DNA of 64,000 nucleotides from Trypanosoma brucei (Eukaryota): NCBI GenBank assembly GCA_000002445.1, contig CH464491.1, positions 4,864,001 to 4,928,000 of the forward strand, read 5' to 3'. Shown piece by piece: positions 60,232 to 64,000 of this stretch (position 1 is its first letter; each line of letters starts with the position of its first letter). The notes under the pieces were generated by a model. It saw only the letters and a program-made list of their open reading frames with translations, ran no database searches and was not told where the DNA came from. The position numbers and the translations under genes were made by a program.

Positions 60232-61979
60232 TCTTCCTTGACTGCTATCTCCTCGATGCTTACAGCGCAGATGGGGAAGTAAGTAAGCGAATCAATTCAG
60301 CTGCGTCTGCGACGGTGTGTGCCGTGCCGTGGGCCTCCACAAAGTATAATGGCTGTTATGGCTTGAGAAATGGCTGTGAGGGTTTTGCAACTACACTTTT
60401 GGTGTCCCCCATTGCTTTTAAAATTAATCTCACCACAACTTTGCCTTCCATTTGCTTCCTTCTTCCTCTAGTCCTACACTCTCTCTAAGTTAAACTCATT
60501 CAGTTTCACACACTTCTATGTCGTATCACTGTAGAAACATTTGCACGTCACCATGGTGTGGAGTACCAGATAAGCAAATAGTTTACCAGCTTCTGTAATT
60601 CATCGCTGACTGATGTACAGTTGCTTTCCACTTTGGCTCCATTTCTCTTTTCATGCTCAATTGCAGTTTATGATTTATGGCTACTGCCAATTTCTTCTGT
60701 ACTTGCAGTTCGTAAATTTTGTGTGCATTTGAATTCGCTTTGTGTGTATATGATCTTGTTGGTTTGGGTTATACTGCTGCTGGACTGCTTTGATTTGGCA
60801 CACCTTTTTAGTGCAGAACCAATCATTAACTGGAGACAAATTTCTTTGGCATACAAAACCCAACTTCCATTCATATTCAATATTCCAACATATCGTTAAA
60901 CCTGATTCATAAAATCCCCATGTATACTCAGGCATGCCAGTCCTTTATTGATCCAAATTGTTGAAAACTCTCTATACCTATACATACAACCTTTATTTAT
61001 GTTGTTGGATTCTATTTTATCTACAAATTCGTCTATGCTTTTTTGCTTGTGGAACAACAAAGTAACGGCGTTTCCTCTCCCACAGCTGCTGCGGCTAGTT
61101 CCTACTGTCAGCGTCTTCTATGTTTTGGTGTGGTTACTTAAGGTTCGGCAATTTGAGTCCATAAAGTGTTTTTGTGCTGCTTTACTTCTATAAATACTTA
61201 CTATTAGATGCATATCAGCCACATCTCTTTAATGATTTACTCTTTCCTTGAAATGCTCTAGAGGCTAGCCAGCATACCAAGACAAAATTGGCAAAGTGTC
61301 ACTTCTAATTCTCTGCACTTCATATAGAGTCCTCGTAAAGGTTCATGTTCGCGTTTTCTTGTTCTTTTCCTGCCTCTTTCTTTACACTTTGGTCAGAAGC
61401 AGCTCCTTATCCTGCCGTTGTGTGAAACGTAGCAGCCACATTTGCTGTGGCTGCCGGGTGCTGGCTGTCTCTGGCCAGAGTTACCATATTAATAGCGGTG
61501 ACACTTATTTGTGCACGTCTATTCCTAAAAGTGAGTATAGTCTACCTGATCCTCTGCATCTTCTTCATAATAATATTTCTAGTGGCTGCCGATCATTATT
61601 TCTCACTACTTAACCTCAATTTACCATACAACTGTTTTAAGTATTTTGGATCTAAACTTATCATAAATTCTTTTCTGTAATGTTAGTATATACAGACTCC
61701 CAACAATTTTATATTATTAACATTACTATTATAACCTTAATTAATATCCATTACATAAGCAAAAACATTATATCAATCACTTTGCATATCTTATCACTAT
61801 ACTACCTTTACACCCAAAAGCCAATATCATACCAAGATGTCATACTTTTCTCAAAAAATCATATTTTACAAAAGTGTTAATTTTGTAATATTTCACTAAA
61901 TTCTCTCAATGTAGAAATTTTTATAAAAGTGAGCAAAAAATCTTCAAAAATCCTTAAAATAATAAAATAATACCAAACT

Positions 61980-62410
61980 CACAAAAGAAGCAGCCATCAT
62001 GGCCAATTTCTTATTGGCGAAGAAACTAAAAGAGGGGCATTTAACCTTTTCTTTTTCATCATCGTTATCTTTCCCACTTCTCCATCCACAATTTCGCTTG
62101 CCATCTGTTTTGTCATTTTCACAAGCGGTTTTATCTTTGTGCGCTGCACACCCGGTTGCAGCTCCTGGTCCTTCTCCTGCTGGGGTTTCTTGTTACACTT
62201 TTTTCCATTCATTTTGCAGTGTTTTCCATCTTTTTCGTCAGGGCCTTCCCATTTGCAGTTTCCATTCTTTCTCCAATCAGCTGCTTTTGTTAATCCTTCG
62301 CATTCTTTGTCGGGGGATCGTGGCTGAAGCTGCATAAGCTTTGCCGGCTCTATAATGGTGCTCGCCACATCGGCGATGCTCAGGCGGGTGGAGTTAAAAA
62401 AAATCATTTA
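61980..62410 (-). pseudogene. VSG: Solitary VSG C-terminal-domain fragment (3' cassette remnant) with a frameshift
   Basis: ORF 61997..62407 reads ..DKECEGLTKAADWRKNGNCKWEGPDEKDGKHCKMNGKKC.. and no N-terminal domain lies upstream. A degenerate 16-mer (aaagtgttaattttgtaatatttc) follows at ~61871..61894. Confidence 0.6.
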
Positions 62411-63000
62411 TATGCGCCGTAGCCGAGCCTCCGGCTGATGCAACCGAAAACAAAGAAAAAAAATGAATTCCAAAAATTTCAAAGGTTAAAAAAGGCCATA
62501 AAAGGGGAAAAAACGCGGAAACGAAAAAAAAAGGTAAAAAATAAAAAAATGATCGAAAAGAACCAAAAAAATAAAATATCGCCGCGGGGCTAATAAAAAA
62601 ATTACAAAACTCAAAAAAATTAAAAATTGAATGTGTAACAAAAAAATGTTAAAAAACTTAAAATTAAAAAAATGACTAAAAAAAATGGTAAAGTAAAAAA
62701 CATTGAAATTAAAATTTAAAAACTCGAAATGTTTTTTAAAAATCAAGAATGTTAAAAAATTTTTAACACTAAAAAAAATCAATAACAAAATTGAAAGCCG
62801 CTTGTAGAAAAACCAAGCCAAAAAACAAAAAAACTCGATGACGCAAGATATAAACAGCCAAAAAACCGTAGAAATTTGTCAAAAAGAGGGGGGGAGAATT
62901 GAGTCGGTGACGTTGGTGAAAAAAAATGTCAAAAGTGTAAAAATCAAAAATTTCTCGAAAAGGAACACAAAAAAGAAAAATTAAACGCCGCTGCTAAGCC
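62400..63000. repeat. Extremely A-rich low-complexity tract (T-rich on the VSG coding strand)
   Basis: Dominated by runs of a6-a10 separated by short words. The overlapping ORFs (for example 62486..62821) are low-complexity artefacts. Confidence 0.6.
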
Positions 63001-63010
63001 GCAAACTCAT

Positions 63011-63134
63011 AGGGATTAGGGTGCGCATAACAAAGCAGCCGTCGCTCCATTAAAATTTTGAAAAAGATCTAAAGCCGCGCCGTTTCGCTGCTAGAAAAAA
63101 ATTAGTATCAGGGGAAATAACCCTACCCTAAGCC
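63011..63134 (-). repeat. Degenerate telomere-like hexamers inside a block homologous to 53690..53900
   Basis: agggattagggtgcgcataacaaagcagccgtcgctccattaaa parallels agggttagggtccgcataacaaaagagctgctgcaccattaag at 53705..53748. The tract ccctaccctaagcc is at 63121..63134. Confidence 0.5.
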
Positions 63135-63317
63135 TGGAAACACTCCCTAACCTACCTACCAACTTCCTACCTCCCTACCCACCTCCTCTCCTGCCTCGTT
63201 GCACAAAAAATTCAAAAAGAAAAAAATGGGAAAAATTCTTTTATTTGTTAGAAAAAAATTTACAGAATCAGAAACTTACTACCAGGAAACACATACAATA
63301 TCCTTGACTGGTTTTAC

Positions 63318-63333
63318 GTGTTAAAATATATCA
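63318..63333 (-). promoter_or_regulatory. VSG 3'UTR 16-mer, exact reverse complement
   Basis: The plus strand reads gtgttaaaatatatca. Confidence 0.7.
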
Positions 63334-63340
63334 GAAGTTT

Positions 63341-64000
63341 TCAAATAGCAATAATTTTTAGCAAAGGAGAAAAAGAGGGGAAAATTGTTTTAAACAGCAA
63401 GGCTACAAAAGCAGCAGAAACCACGGTGAGGGCGAATTTCTTGGTTAGTAGAAAACTACCATTTCGGCATTTTTCTGTATCCTTGTCATCTTCATTATCT
63501 TTACCTTTTCTCCATGCACAATTTTGTTTATCACCTGTTTTGTCATTTTCACAAGCGGCTTTATCACTGCCGTGTCTTGCACATCCAGATGTAGCTGCTG
63601 CTGCTCCTGAAGCTCCATCTCCTGCCCCTTGGTTTGCCTGTCCTTCTCCATCTTTAGGTTTGCATGTTCCACCTGTTTCAGTTTTTCCATCCCATTTGCA
63701 GTTATTTTCTGTACATGTGGTGTTTGTTTCATGTTTGCTGCAAGTTTTTTTACCGTGCTCGACTGGGTTGCCGTCACTGCCGGCAGGTTTGCTGGTTTCT
63801 ACTGTCCTTGAGGCGGCAGCTTTTAGTTCTGCCCTTGCCGCAGCCTGGATGTTGGTTAACTCCCTTGTGAGCTCTGCGTTCTGTAACATTACTGCTTCGG
63901 CAGCATCTAGTTTGTCTGCCGCCGACAGTAGTTTTGCTTCCCACGGTAGTTGACCATTGCCGTCGGTTAGGTGCGGTGCGTAGTCGACACAGACCCCGTT
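63341..64000 (-). CDS. VSG: VSG 3' portion: end of the N-domain, the C-terminal domain and a class-1 GPI signal. The gene continues beyond the window end. The stop after ..AAFVALLF is lost through a 1-nt deletion.
   Basis: ORF 63341..63889 reads ..KQNCAWRKGKDNEDDKDTEKCRNGSFLLTKKFALTVVSAAFVALLFKTIFPSFSPLLKIIAI*. The GPI signal resembles that of MITat1.2-type VSGs. The sequence ctgtttaaaac is found where ctgttttaa is expected. The frame stays open to position 64000. Confidence 0.85.
   Translation of the reverse strand, partial: NGVCVDYAPHLTDGNGQLPWEAKLLSAADKLDAAEAVMLQNAELTRELTNIQAAARAELKAAASRTVETSKPAGSDGNPVEHGKKTCSKHETNTTCTENNCKWDGKTETGGTCKPKDGEGQANQGAGDGASGAAAATSGCARHGSDKAACENDKTGDKQNCAWRKGKDNEDDKDTEKCRNGSFLLTKKFALTVVSAAFVALLFKTIFPSFSPLLKIIAI

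Noticed and set aside
1..64000. A prokaryotic defence system or operon, as hinted by the task framing
   Set aside because: The sequence is unmistakably trypanosome subtelomere (VSG, 70-bp repeats, ingi/RIME, telomere hexamers). No bacterial or archaeal gene signatures are present.

Overview
This is eukaryotic DNA, not a prokaryotic locus. It is a subtelomeric silent VSG (variant surface glycoprotein) array of a Trypanosoma brucei-group (Trypanozoon) parasite, so operon and defence-system logic does not apply.

About 15 VSG genes, pseudogenes or fragments lie in three strand blocks: minus from 0.15 to 10.7 kb, plus from 22 to 40 kb, minus from 45.6 to 64 kb. Each is preceded on its own strand by 70-bp repeat tracts, which consist of (TAA)n plus a GAGTGTTGTGAGTGTGTATATACGAATATTATAATAAGAGCAGTAATA unit. 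Each is followed by a 3'UTR carrying the conserved 16-mer TGATATATTTTAACAC. Two VSGs look intact (32376..33887 +, 58666..60231 -). The others carry identifiable lesions: 1-2 nt indels placed exactly at the GPI-signal junction, TGC>TGA nonsense changes at the conserved C-terminal Cys, frameshifts, or truncation by a retroelement.

Retroelements include a full-length 5.25 kb ingi non-LTR retrotransposon (40321..45576 -) whose 5' end sits inside the GPI-signal coding sequence of a VSG, and a second RIME/ingi 5' end that abuts its 3' tail next to a 100-N scaffold gap. A solitary RIME 5' half lies at 56043..56297, and a degenerate ingi-related element (DIRE) at 15105..~20450 (+).

Other content: a GT31-like glycosyltransferase pseudogene (4300..5681 -); an unidentified gene family present as two inverted degenerate copies (~13.2-14.0 kb and ~24.9-25.8 kb); short interstitial telomere-repeat tracts (CCCTAA/TTAGGG) in two homologous blocks downstream of minus-strand VSGs (53.7-54.0 kb, 63.0-63.2 kb); and two 100-N gaps.

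Caveat: the ORF track uses GTG/TTG as start codons, so many listed N-terminal extensions are not real.
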